A stretch of 64,000 bases of DNA. Source: Antedon mediterranea. Taxonomy: Eukaryota; Animalia; Echinodermata. The position numbers were made by a program, and so were the translations under genes. The number at the start of each line of letters is the position of its first letter. Position 1 is the stretch's first letter. This document shows positions 11,748 through 24,900 of this stretch, in pieces. The notes below the pieces were generated by a model. The model was not told the DNA's origin and searched no databases. It saw only the letters and a program-made list of their open reading frames with translations. The DNA lies in assembly GCF_964355755.1 (NCBI RefSeq), contig NC_092670.1, forward strand, positions 16,850,795 to 16,914,794, given 5' to 3'.

Positions 11748-14700
11748 GCTGCGTTCCTTATTTTAATGCAAATGCTATATTTTAAATTTAGTCCAGAATT
11801 TTGGTTAAAAACGAGTATTATGGAGTCGTTTTAAAATTGTGAAAGAGTGGCTTGACAGTTTTATTATAACACTTGTTTGTTTTGTTCATTATATTGGTTA
11901 CGGACCATGTCTTCTCTGTTGTTTGTAGTGATATGTCGCTGGTAAAATATGTCCCATCATGGTCTGGTAATTGACTGTACTAGTTATTCAACCATTCTAT
12001 AAGAACAACAGGAAAGTCTATCATTTTATTTTATGTTAGAAATTTTCATAAACAAATGAATTTGAATAAAATTGAAAATATGACATAATAAATGAAACTG
12101 CACAGTATGATAAAATGATGAGGCAAAACAATCAGATATTTATTTTCATCTGTAGTTACTAGTTAGTGGTTTAATAGTGCAGCTTACGTTCGGTTTCACT
12201 CACTAATTACTCTCTGTTCTATTTTATATCTCGGTAATTTACATCTTCTGGCTAAAATTCTGGCAACCATTACAAAATCTAAATATATCTTCCATAAGCA
12301 TAACTCTGGCTAGTAGTAGTATACCTATCAGTTACATAAAAGAACATTTTATCTAATAAGACTAGACTATAAAATATGAACAGTGAAAGTGATGTAAATT
12401 CTTTCCTGGAAGGAACGCATGCAAAATAACATTAAATTACAGATTAATATAAACTGTAAATTGATAGTTGAATGAATGCACTAAAATAACTATCTTATTT
12501 TAGTACTGTAATTTATGCGTATAACCGAAGGCTCATTTAAAATAGCTGTTGTGTAGCGTTCGTACTCTATTCTACCTCCTAAATGAAGGGATGGATAATC
12601 ATGCCATTGGGGCACCTTCTATTACTTCTTATTAAAATGGTGCTTTTCCATGAAACATTTTTCAGACAAATTTACTTGAGCTTTTAGCACATGTAAGTTG
12701 CCGAGAGGGAGGGTATATAAAAGGTTTTTGATATTCTGTTGCCGTTGGTAAAGTGTTTTTAAAATGTTCTCCCGAAGCAGGTTTTGCCAGCAAGATTTGC
12801 CAGGCTAAATTGGCTCCAACCGGTATAAAAAATTGTGTACACCTACTGTATCTACTAATACTAGTGGTAGGTTAGGCCTTCTGTAGCCATTAAAAACAAG
12901 AGCAGTCAAAGGCTACAGTATATTGTTGTCAATTTGCCGGAATCTTGATTTCTATATTGGGAGAACACTGTCTAGTGGTTTAAACGTTTCAGTATGTCGT
13001 CAATATTCAAGATGCTTTATTTTTTTCTTAAGTATCCTTCCTTAATTGGTAACAAATAAAGTTTCATATAGCAATAAGGAAACAATAATATACTAACTGT
13101 ATTCTTAACAATACACTATGGGAAATACCCTACTGGGTTTTGTATCATGTGGCTTCTTTTCCTAAGTATTAAACTGTAGAACACCTCCTTTGCCAGGGGA
13201 CATTTTTCTTTGGTAAAGTAATATGTTTTTATAATTAGTCAACCCAATATTCAAGGGACACCCCTATTTTATTCACTTTTGTTTGTTCCCAAGAATATCC
13301 ACTTAATAGCTACTGTACTGTATGTGGATTTTTCATACAATTCAATGAAATGGATAATTGGGCCAATAGAAGGTGACGCTTTTTCCAGACCAAAATTAGT
13401 AAGTGGTAATAGTTGCAACTTAAAATATGTTGTAGGCAGTAAAGCATGGACATTGATAATCACATTTTTCCATCAACACCCACCAACACTAACTACTTAT
13501 GTCATCACTCATCAGCACCATTCCATTTCCTAAAATAACAATTAAAAGCTACAATAATAAAATATATATACTATATGCAGTTACTTACATTAAAATTTGT
13601 TTAATTATAGTACACTCATAATTATATTTAATATTAATCTTTAATAATATTTATTATTCATATTAGATCTATGTACAGCCATTATTCACTAATCCCAACT
13701 AACGTCAATAAGTTAAAGTATATACAGTACTGTAGTGTAGGAATATTTTTAAATTGCAAGTGTAAATAGTGAATATTTATGACTAATCTATTAAATAATC
13801 CCTGATCATTAATAATCCTATGAAATAATTAATTATTTTGTAATATAATATTTCAATCATATCAAATTTATTCAATATTATACAGATATTGAATGCTTAT
13901 ATAGAGGTTAAATATAAGATTTGACATCCCCGAGGAAATGATATTATGTTCGAGGGAATATATATTGCCATTTACATACAGTAGGCTATATAATATATAT
14001 AATTTGTTTACTACTAACAGATTGCTAAATTTCTATGCAATGTCCTCGGATCATATGCTAAAGTATCAATAGACATTTGAATAGTCTAAATTCCATCAAC
14101 GCCTTCAAGACCTCCTGTCCTTCTTTGATTAGAATACTTCTTAATTTAATATAAAGATGTTACTCTGGTATGTTATTCCATCTCCTCAACAGTCTACACA
14201 AAACAAATTTTATTGTTTTTGCAGCAGAAATATTTCAGATTTTTTAAAACAGACATCTCATGGCACTATTAAACTATTTACAAAATATGTTATTTTAATT
14301 TAAATGCAAATTACTTTATAGCAAAAAGTGATATATTCAAAGCAGGAGAGGTAAAAACAAATTTTTTTTTCACCACCCTGTTCAAGGAATCCGCATTACT
14401 AAACGTGACAAATAATTTGATCAGTTTGTGAAATTTATACATCATTCATAGAATTTTTATTTGTTTTGATTTACAAATAAATATTTACTAATATAAATTA
14501 ATGTTTAATGTCTTGCATATTAATGTAATTTCAATTTTTATGTATAAATTTTATTTCATAACAAAATGTTAACATTTTTTTTCCAAACACATTTAATTAC
14601 TATAGTATCAATCAGTTTTATCTTCCAATGGATAACACTTAAATAACTAGTACTATGCATCATTCATTTTTGGCTACCTGGATTGTTCTGTTTGCCAAGG

Positions 14701-17137
14701 ACATTTCTGCAATCTCTCCTATCATTAGTATAGTCAGTAACAACTCTTGATTCTGAACAATGGAACGACATTGGAACCATATAAAATTAACATAAATAAT
14801 AAAAAATATGTTGCTGAATAAAAGCTAGAAATATACAATTTAACTATAATAAAATGCTGTATAATAAATAGTTTGACAAAATAAAGGTTATATTTATTAT
14901 TTATTTTCAAATTATATTAAAATTTGGATGATTATTAAATCATAATAACATTTTTCAAATAATAAAATAAGTAAAAAAATACATGAGAATTACAATACTC
15001 TTCATTGTACGTTTAATCATTAATTTAACCCAAACAAATTTGATATATTTTCCTTTTTGACTAACCCTCTGGCCTATTTAAGAAAAAAATGCTTATAACT
15101 ATGCCTATTCAGATTTTAAATAGTGATAGTATTTTTCTAGCCCACCAGTATTAGAAGTAAAGAAGTATTTACATGCTGCATAAAATAAAGTTTCTCCTTT
15201 CACTTTCTTTTATATTTTGTATAATATTGCTTCTTTTAAAAATAATATATTGTTCCACTACAAAGAGGGCTGGTTTTGAGAGGAATGACTTTGCATAAAG
15301 ACGATATTAACCGTACAGCAATTAACAAATACGGTAACACTTACATGGTCATAAATCACAAACAGCCTATCAATACTGTACGGATTGTGACATACAAAAG
15401 GTTCAATGGAAAATAGCCCTCATCAACATATAGATTTATTTATATGTTTTACAATTTAGTTAACTCCCACATGTACAATCAATTTACAACAAGACTTGAT
15501 CTTAAATATTTTATTGGTAATCACAAAGGGATTTATAAATACTGTACAGTTCAGATAATAAAGATAATTTATGTTTGTATTTTCATCATAATAAAATCAA
15601 ATTTCATTTTTTAAAATCATTAGGCCTACATGACAGTCATAAATAAATATATGATTTTATTAAAAAGAAAAAAAAATATACATATGAATTAAATAAATCA
15701 TTTATTCTGGCAAAACATGAAAATGAAGCAGTTTTCGTCCATTTAGACAGTAGTAAAATGCTGGAGAAGACAAAAAATCAGTAAGGAATGTGCCTCGCCA
15801 CCTGGACTCTCTAGGCTGTAACAGTACAAGGTACGACCCCCGAATATGGTACTAAGTGGGCACCTGGAAACATACACATATACAGCATGGATGGTCATCC
15901 CTAAAGTCTATACTTACCTCCATAATAACGAACGTGGTAATTCCTCTTTATTGTATTATTTCCACGTATTCGACGAGCCAGGTTTATACAATTTATTAGT
16001 GAAATCAATTACAGACAAAAGTACTTTTCAAACGATGGTCAGCCTTGTTCTCTGCCCGGTCTGAGGTCCAGGATAGATAGTTGATCTGTCGTCTGCCGCA
16101 CAGTGAAGTTGTGTTTACGGGCGATACCATTTACTCTCATTATAAGATTAGACGAGCTTATTTCTGGTAAAATGTGCTTACCTACCAAAATAATAAAACA
16201 ATCATAAATAAGAGGGCGCTATTAATTTTTCTTTTCTTTTCTTTCATTGATATGAACAATAGTCAGAGAAGTTTTATATTATAATCTTTTTGGTAATTTA
16301 TTTATTTTTTTATAATAGCATCTATTTCGTAGTTTTTATGCCATATATTTCATTTTGACTCATCAACATTTTTATTTTTCTTACTTATAAATCGTTAGAA
16401 TCATACGGTAACATATTACCACCCGAATTTTTTTTTTGTAATAAGAGAGAAAGAAATCCACCTAATATATATATATAATATCTGCGCATGCCGTAACATT
16501 GTTCACACAACATTAAGAAGTACGAATATTCTATGTACAATACTTAATATATAAGACCTCGATGTTCATATAATCCAGGGGCTGTCTGTTCGCTAGTTCT
16601 CTCTAGAGAGCTTGATACAATTGAGTAATTAAATCGATTTTAGGTAATAATGAACTGTTCTCGGCTCTAAACGATTTCTTTTAGTGACAGAGAGGATGAA
16701 CTTTGTTGACAAAAATAAACTGCGGTATACAACTTTTTTTTTGCTTTCGTTGGTAGACAGTGCGCAAGAATCATACATCACTTAACATTGCATCTGCTAG
16801 TACGTTTCATGACAAATATGAAATTAGATTAGGAAATATAACTCTTTGTAAAATTACAGTTGAATTCACTACTTAATTTCCGAAGAAGAGGTTGAAATTT
16901 CCGCTTGATAAATTCACTATCCTTCTGTCCAGACGGTCACGTGATATCTTAATAAACGAATCTTAATACATTCTACAGACAGTGCTAACTATAATACGTC
17001 ATCAAAAGAGGTTGAAGTAGACAAACACGCAACGATATATAATCGATGAATCTCCGATGCCGCCATAGTATGCTTTCTTTATATTAGTCTAATCCCTAGC
17101 CTCTGTATAAAATGTAGGAGCATGGAGAAATACATTA

Positions 17138-17744
17138 CAGTAAAACGCCTTTAAGAAGAAACCTTAACAGGTTGTCCCCTTATTTAAGCTTGGTTCCCAC
17201 TAGAACGTAACGCAAGGACGTAAACGCAACGCAAGCGTTTTAACCAATGACAAGCGAAGTTATAGACAGTTAGCAATCACAAGCGAATAAGCCATCGCTG
17301 GTGATTGGTCAATTCACTTGCGTTGCGTTACGTCCTTGTGTTGCGTCGCTAGTGGGAACCACGCTTTTAAACGCTTGCGTTGCGTTTACGTCCTTGCGTT
17401 ACGTTTTAGTGGGAACCAAGCTTAAAGCTCGACGCAACGTAACGCAGCCTACGCCACGTAAGAAAATGCCCTTCCGATTATTGTGTTTGCCCCAGCCTGC
17501 GTGAAATCAAACCTGCGACTTTGCAGCACTGTTTTGCGTCGTCGGTTCCCACTTGTAATTACGCAATACAGAACCTTGCGTCGATACGTCGCTGCGTTCT
17601 AGTGGGAACCACGCTTAAGTGGGAACCAAGCTTTAGTGTGTCCTCTGAATATAACATCTGAATAATGTCCCCTTAATATATATTGCCCGTCGTTTATTTC
17701 AATTCATTCTAATAGTGATGTCTCAATGCAGGGGGTCTATTGTA
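17138..17744. mobile_element. Degraded Tc1/pogo-like MITE (TA-CAGTAAAAC ... GGGGTCTATTG-TA) hosting nested family B MITEs
   Basis: TACAGTAAAACGCCT at the left end, AGGGGGTCTATTGTA at the right end; internal TGTCCCCTTA motifs. Confidence 0.5.
17187..17632. mobile_element. Nested/tandem MITE family B (TIR AGCTTGGTTCCCACT; PIF/Harbinger-like)
   Basis: AGCTTGGTTCCCACTAGAACGTAACGCAAGG ... CCTTGCGTTACGTTTTAGTGGGAACCAAGCT (17187-17422), plus further ends near 17350-17365 and 17600-17632. Confidence 0.85.
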
Positions 17745-18624
17745 GGCCTATATATAAATATATCATGCTTTCTAAATTATAAACCATTGCTATAAATATT
17801 TAAGGATGTAAAAAGAGATCAGACATATTCTGTTATTTGCCTTTAAATTTGAATCTCTGCTGCTTATCTGGAATTCTCTCCCTCGACATGTTACTAAATC
17901 AACATCTATTGCTATTTTTTTTTAAAGAAGTTAAAACGCATCTTTTTAACTAATACTACACAAGCGCCTTTTTAATTTGGTTTAGTTGATACTGGCACTA
18001 TACAAATACCTAAATTATTATTATTATTTATTTTAAAATGTTTTAAAATATCAGTCAAAATTGAACATCTATTTTAATGGTGTGGCGTCAAATTAAGGGC
18101 ATGTGACGCTTTGCACATAATTATTATGTCTCTCTTTTAGTTAAAATAATTTTGGATAAAACAACAAGGTATATCACTGTTCAACTTTTAATCACAGACA
18201 ACTTGATCACTCAAAATATTTCTAACAAAATTGTGTATAAAACATAATATACAGCTGTTTACATCTGATATATACAAATTCAAAATATTTAAAAAAAGGG
18301 TTCCTGCATTTAGTCGAGAATATGCTCACATAAACAAACTGATAAAAGGATGTTCAGTAGGGTGTTACTTAATTGAGCAGTACAATTCAAATTATCCTAA
18401 CCCTCATCTTGTCAACTAAATCTGTCAACTAAACTGCATTTTCAATGACTAAAACATACATTATTATATAAAATTTAAATTTTCATGGATTTAAGATAAC
18501 ATTTTGCAGAAGCTACGTCTTTAAACATTTTATTAACCACTTCAATGTGGTATTGCACAATATACTGGCTAGTGAGCTTACAAGAGTTCCCATAACTAAA
18601 GATCTAATGTCGTGCAGTACATAT

Positions 18625-18785
18625 TATTACCCCGGTCAAACATACTCAATATTGCAGCTAGTAATTGTGTTTTGACCTTACCAGGTACCCACCTGGGTGG
18701 AGATAGGCAAGCGTAAGTAGCGGGTCTTGCCTGAGGAAACAAAGCAATGGGATGAGCGTTGGTTTTCGAATCCACAATCTAACAA
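18625..18785 (-). mobile_element. SINE fragment in the presumed CEP131 3' UTR region
   Basis: GGTACCCACCTGGGTGGAGATAGGCA..GTCTTGCCTGAGGAAACAA..TTCGAATCCAC resembles the reverse strand of a tRNA-derived SINE core and B-box. Confidence 0.45.
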
Positions 18786-18969
18786 ACACACTGAACAACA
18801 CGTCCTTAGTTCTTTAATATTGACCCAGATATCCTAAATGACTCACAACTCTCAGACATATCTCATTCTCTCATATATCTCATAACTAAGGAGTCACTGA
18901 ATGTAACTGGTCGTCTTGAAATATGTACCAATATGAGATCACATAAAAGAACCGGCAATGCACCCCTTT

Positions 18970-21900
18970 TCACTTCTTCTTAGACAAGCTAAGAAGTTGT
19001 TTTCGCTGTTGTTCTAGTAAAGATTCAAGGTGGTCGGCTCGTTTGGTTGCTGCATCATACTGTTGCCTTAGTTGGTTCACAGTGTCATCTTTCTTTACTA
19101 TGGCTTGTTTAACCCTGTAAATAAAATTAGGTAAAATGAGATACGTATGATACAAATACAGTAAACACTAACACATTGGCAGATCCAGCATTTAGAAATA
19201 GTGGGATGGAGGGCCGACATATTAAAAAGAAGTGCTGAACTTAACCCTATCTTTTGCATTGCAATACTAAAGAAGGTATGTGGAAAGGAGGTCACTAAAA
19301 CAATAATGCATGTCAGTCACATACCCATCTAATAAAATTAGGTAAACACAGTTGCAGATTCAGCATTTTTAAATAGTTGGGACGGAGGGCCGACACATTG
19401 TAAATGAAGCGCTGAACTTAACCTACTGTCCTATCTTTTTCATTGCAATACTAAAGAAAGTTTGCGGAAAGGAGGTCACTAAAACAGTAATGCAAGTCAG
19501 TCACAAACCCATCCTGTTATGGGTATGGTGTATTGTGCTCCTGTCTTCAACATTTAGCCATACAACTCTGTTACACTTATGGTTTATAGCAATCAGTCTT
19601 TACCATAGCCATACCACCCATCCATGGTTACCTTTTATGTACTTCATCCATCTCTTCTTGTTTACTCGTCTCAATTCTTTCAACCTCTAGTTTGTGCCTG
19701 GCTCTCATTTCGGACATCTCATTCTTCAGACGTCTGTTTTCCTCTTCAGTAGCTACCAGACGATCTGCAAATTCTTGGCGAATCACCTCTTGTACATTTT
19801 TTCTTTCTTTTGTTAATCGGTCACAGTCCTAGAAAAAAGTTACCATAACCGAATAAATTCAAATACGAATATGAAGGCTGAGCTGGACGTGTTTGTCAGG
19901 TCAAGGGGTCAAGTTATGTGTCAATGTCATCTAGGTATTGTTAAAAGGATTGAGTGCAAACAGCTACTTATTATTAACCTTTGTTATATACATATCACAT
20001 AGCTATTGAGTCGAACAGTCATTCTGTGCATATTCATATGTTTCCGAGGTACACAAGGAACAATAACTTGCTGAAAATGAAAGGTCGCTACTATCTCAAT
20101 GACATCATTTTTATTATTTTCACTTGTTAATTTAACATTTCGTTTTTACCTGTTTGATATCATTAACTTCTTCTTGTTTCTGCTTGATGAGTGCGTTCAA
20201 TCGTATGTTTTCACCTTCCATATCTGCTAGTCTTGCTTTAGTTTCATTGTATCTTTCCTGTGTGTGTCTTTCTGACAACTCCATTTCTTTCAGCTCTCCT
20301 TCATATTTATCTCGAATACGTCTGGTGAAAATTACAATATTAATGTGACATAATATATATATTTCCTAGGCTGGCATTGTCAAGACATGACAACAATCGG
20401 GAACAAACTAAACCCCTATCAGATTTGATTTAAGAACTCAAAGATTTTGAGAATGGTCAGTAAACACAGTACACAACATTTATTTATTTATTTGAATTTA
20501 CACCTTTAGATTGGTGGAACACTTATAGCACAAAGGTGCATCCTTCAAAATATCAATATAGAATATAACATAAAAAATACACAAAAAAATGTATTTACAA
20601 ACGTAGAAACGAAAAGACTAGTATCAATAGTGTTATAAGTGAAATTTACAACAATAACAAATCTGAGACAGAATTGAATCAAGAATCTCGATAATGAAAA
20701 AGAACTCTTACTTGACTCGATTTTCAGCAGCTCTTTCAACCTGTTCACGTGTTGCTGTGGCGTCGTCATCCAACCTCTGAATTACAAGTTCTATTTCTTT
20801 GTCGCGATCTTGACGGACATGTTCTCGCAATTCTCTCTCCTTTGCCAGAAGTAGAGTTTCCTTAAATTGTAAAGAGATGTAGGATATCAAATTGTCTTTG
20901 AGAAGGCCAATTACAAATCTGTATACTTCTATTTATTGTCATTTGCATATAAAATATAAATAGATATAAATAGAAATTATGTTTGATCTGAGATATATAT
21001 TATAACAGAAAAATATAAACTCTAGTACGGTATACTGACAAGCATTCAGTGCCCGAATGGCAGCTAGGTAAAAGCTGTTACGAAACCTATTTGTACGAGA
21101 GATGATGGACCGGTAATGGTACATAACACCTTAAATACATTATGCATGGGATGACTAGAATCTTGCAATATAGAATGTGTTTTAATTGATTTTAAAAAAT
21201 GGATTCAATAGAGCTCTGCTCAATTCTAATGATACTAAGATGCATACTTAACAACAAGATCCGACTTCTCTTTACTTGTGGTGAAACAAAACTAAACTAA
21301 AGGTGAAATAATGATGTTAACTTAACTTAAATTTTTCATACCTGCTTTTTCATGTAATTTTCTACCCATGCTTCTTTCTCTAATTTAAGTCTTTCTTCTA
21401 GTTCTCGAACTTCAGTCTGAAAGATAGAAAATGATTAAACAATTAAAAAATATATGATACATATTACATACAAATTACAAAATGCTAAATAAACAATTTA
21501 ATTAATCAAGAAGTTGACTAATGTACTACATTTTGTAATTTTTCTGTAATGGTTAGAATTCCCTGATGATCTTTTTCAAACTCGCCTCTGAATTGCCTAC
21601 AAAAATAATAAGTATCTCACCGTATGTCGTTTTTCTTGTTCTTCTCTAGCTTTATCAAACTCCTGTCTCATAACTAGTGCGCCCTTGTGACTGTTTTCTT
21701 CGATTTGTGCCTGTAGTCTATCCATCTCTTGGCGCTGTCTTCTTGACTGTTCTGCTATTCTTTCCTTTTCTTCCTGTATTTCTGCATACATTCTGCGCCG
21801 TTGTTGTTGATAGGCTACCTCTTCCTGTTCTAATTGCTTTTCGTACCTGAATAAGAAAAAAATTCAAAAATATAAACGACCAAAGCATACTTAAATTTAG

Positions 21901-24900
21901 TGTACATTAGTAGTGGAGCTGTAGCTTGGTGGTTAATGTGCTTGCCTTCCAATCCCAATCCTGACCTAGTGCCAGGGTTGTAACTTACGACTCTTTCAAC
22001 TCCACTCCTTAAGCCTCAAATGAGACTTATAAGCATGATTGCGTATCAATTTGATCTCTGGTGCGCATGCGTACAATTGAGGAACTAGTAGTGTACCGCT
22101 GTACCACGTCGATAGTCGCTATCCAATCGGGTTTGAACTATACCATGAAGGCTCCAGTAGTCTAATGGCTAGGACATCTGCCCCTCAAGCAGAAGGTTCC
22201 CGGTTCGAATCTCGGTTGGGGCAGCTTTTCTCATTCTCACAGATTTTCTCGTTTATCGTTTCAAATTAATTAATAAATTTTCAGTATGTTACAAGGCGGT
22301 TTACAATTTGTTCTGTGCCTGTGGTGTTTATATATATCTATCTATTCTATAATTATTAGACAAATATGGTCACCTTTGTTTGGCTAGCTCTCTTTCTCGG
22401 GCACAGGCAGCATCTTTTTCATCAGCAAGTTGATCGCGGAGTTCTTCAATGTGTCTGATGTATTTTTGTCCTGCTCGCTCCTCAGATTGCAACAACTCTG
22501 CTTCGTGTATGGTTTTGATCTTTTTCACCTCTGATTTATGCTTTGCAATTAAATTCTGTATCTCTGGTTCCAAGCCTTTAACTGTTATTTCCTAGCATCG
22601 TACATAATGTCATAATTAGTAATGTATACATGGAAACTCGTATACATGGAAACTCATATACAGGGCTCGATATCTCACAAAGTGTAGTAAAAATAGCTCT
22701 GAACTAGTCAACCTCCTCTAAACCTGGGTGCCTAGTAGGTTGTTGCCTTGAAATTAGGACAAAATGACCGTAGCAAATAATGCTCACATAAATTAGACGC
22801 ACCTCGGCAGTTCAGAAATTATCCAATGAGTGGGCTTGTGAAATGTCCAGTGGGGCTAATAATACTCACAATATACTAAGCCTAGTGGTCTAGTAGCTAA
22901 AATGTCAAAAATCGTATCATGATAAACATGACACATATACACATCAAATTTAATGGGTTACTATGGAATTCTATTCTATTTAATTTTTAAAAATTAATTT
23001 TCCAATATGTATTACCTTAATCTTTTTAGTCTTTTCGTCAATCCATTTTTCTCGTCGTATTTTCTCAGCAGCAGCTTGGATTTCTTTCAGCTTTGTCATT
23101 TCTGTTCCATGACTTTAAAAACGAGAACAATTTATAATATGATGTATAAGCAGCATCCAGGGTTGGATGTGAGAGTTGGGTCCAAAGGTAAATTTCAGAA
23201 ACAATTGTAGAATGGTCATAAATACATAGGTATAGGGCTGAAGCCTGACCTAGTGGAAAGGTATCTGTTAATTTTCTCCCTAAGCCTCAAATGAGACTTG
23301 GTTTATTAGCATGGTACAATTTATCTGTAGTGATTGAGAGGAACTTGCTGAAATTACAGTACAGGCCTTGTCTTTTATAAATTATAGGTGTGCTACAAAT
23401 TGCACTCACTACATTCAGGAATGCTGTAGGTGTGCTGTTTGTATTTTGGTGTGTAGATGTTTATCAAGCGTGTCGAAAATCGCACTCCTCAAGGGCAGTT
23501 TAGGAGTATGTTAGGTGAGTGATCACACTCGCTCGCCTTAAAAGACAAGGCCTGGAAGTAGTAATACAGAATTATGCCTCATTTGTGACACTATTATTGT
23601 TCAATAAATAAAATAAATAGATTAGAATACCTGTCTTCCATTGTTTTAATTTTGTTTGAGTATTTCTTTTCAACTTCTTTTAATTCTTTCAATACAGCAT
23701 CATATTTTTCACTAAGCATCTTCTTGTCATCAATAAGCTGTCAAGATAGAATGTAAAAGTCAATTCATCCATTTACACACTTTGTCTTTAAAGATATATT
23801 GTCCCCCTAAAAAAAATATTTTTTTTTAAATTTTTTTGTTGAATATGTTATTTTAATGTCACATAATAGTTATTCACTCTCACAAAAAATTGGGTCTGAA
23901 AAAAATTTATTTACCTGAGAAAAATGTAATTTAAAGCAAAAAATGGTCAAATTGTCTGGAAGACAATGAGTTTTTGGGTAATTTAACTGTTTATTTTGTC
24001 TTTTTATAGGTAAAATAATTTTTTTCCCCCGTTTTTTTTCTTATGGAAGTGAACAACTTCATTAAAACTGCAAAATGGCCTATTCAAAGTCCGATTTAAA
24101 AAATCTTTATTTTTCATGATTTTGGGGGACAATACATCTTTAACATTACAGTATTACTTTATCACTGGGCTTATACAGGCCTGCTTAGCTGCAACCAAAA
24201 GCAACAGTATCAACATAACATAACCTCCTAATATTAACTACAGTACAGAATATGAAACAATACAGTATATACAGTCACACAAGTAAACCACTGTTGTTAT
24301 AATCTAAAGCTCTGTCTACACTATCAAAGTAATTTGACAAAAAAAGTTTGATTTGACTATATATGGACATGATCATCACCATATTTGAGAACATCACACT
24401 TTTTTGCAAAACTAGTTTGATAGTGTAGACAGAGCTTTATACCATATCTAATCATACCTGATCAATAAAACCAAGATGTCTTTTTATAGTGTTCTCATAT
24501 TCTTCTTTTTGATGGTTTACTCTTCTTTTCATTTCTTTTTCTTGCTCTTTAGCATGTCGTACTGTTAGCTCACGCTGTTGGCTCTAATTTTAAAACAAAA
24601 ACATTATGTTGTTTAAATTAAATTCTACTAACTTAAACGATAATAGTAAAACTTCACACAAATGATTTATTATGCCTACCAAAGATTTCTGTAACATTTT
24701 GACTGATCTGTCCTTTTCTTCCAGTTGTAACTTCTGTGTAAGCACAGTGTTGGCGATCTCTGAGGCTGCGGCAGATGCTTCCTCCATCTTGCTAATTTCT
24801 TCAGCTGACGGCATAAAGGTCGAAGATTTACGTCCGGTTCTTGGAGTCGTTGTCGAAGACTAGGAAAATAACAAATTTTACCATGATAAACAAAAATATT

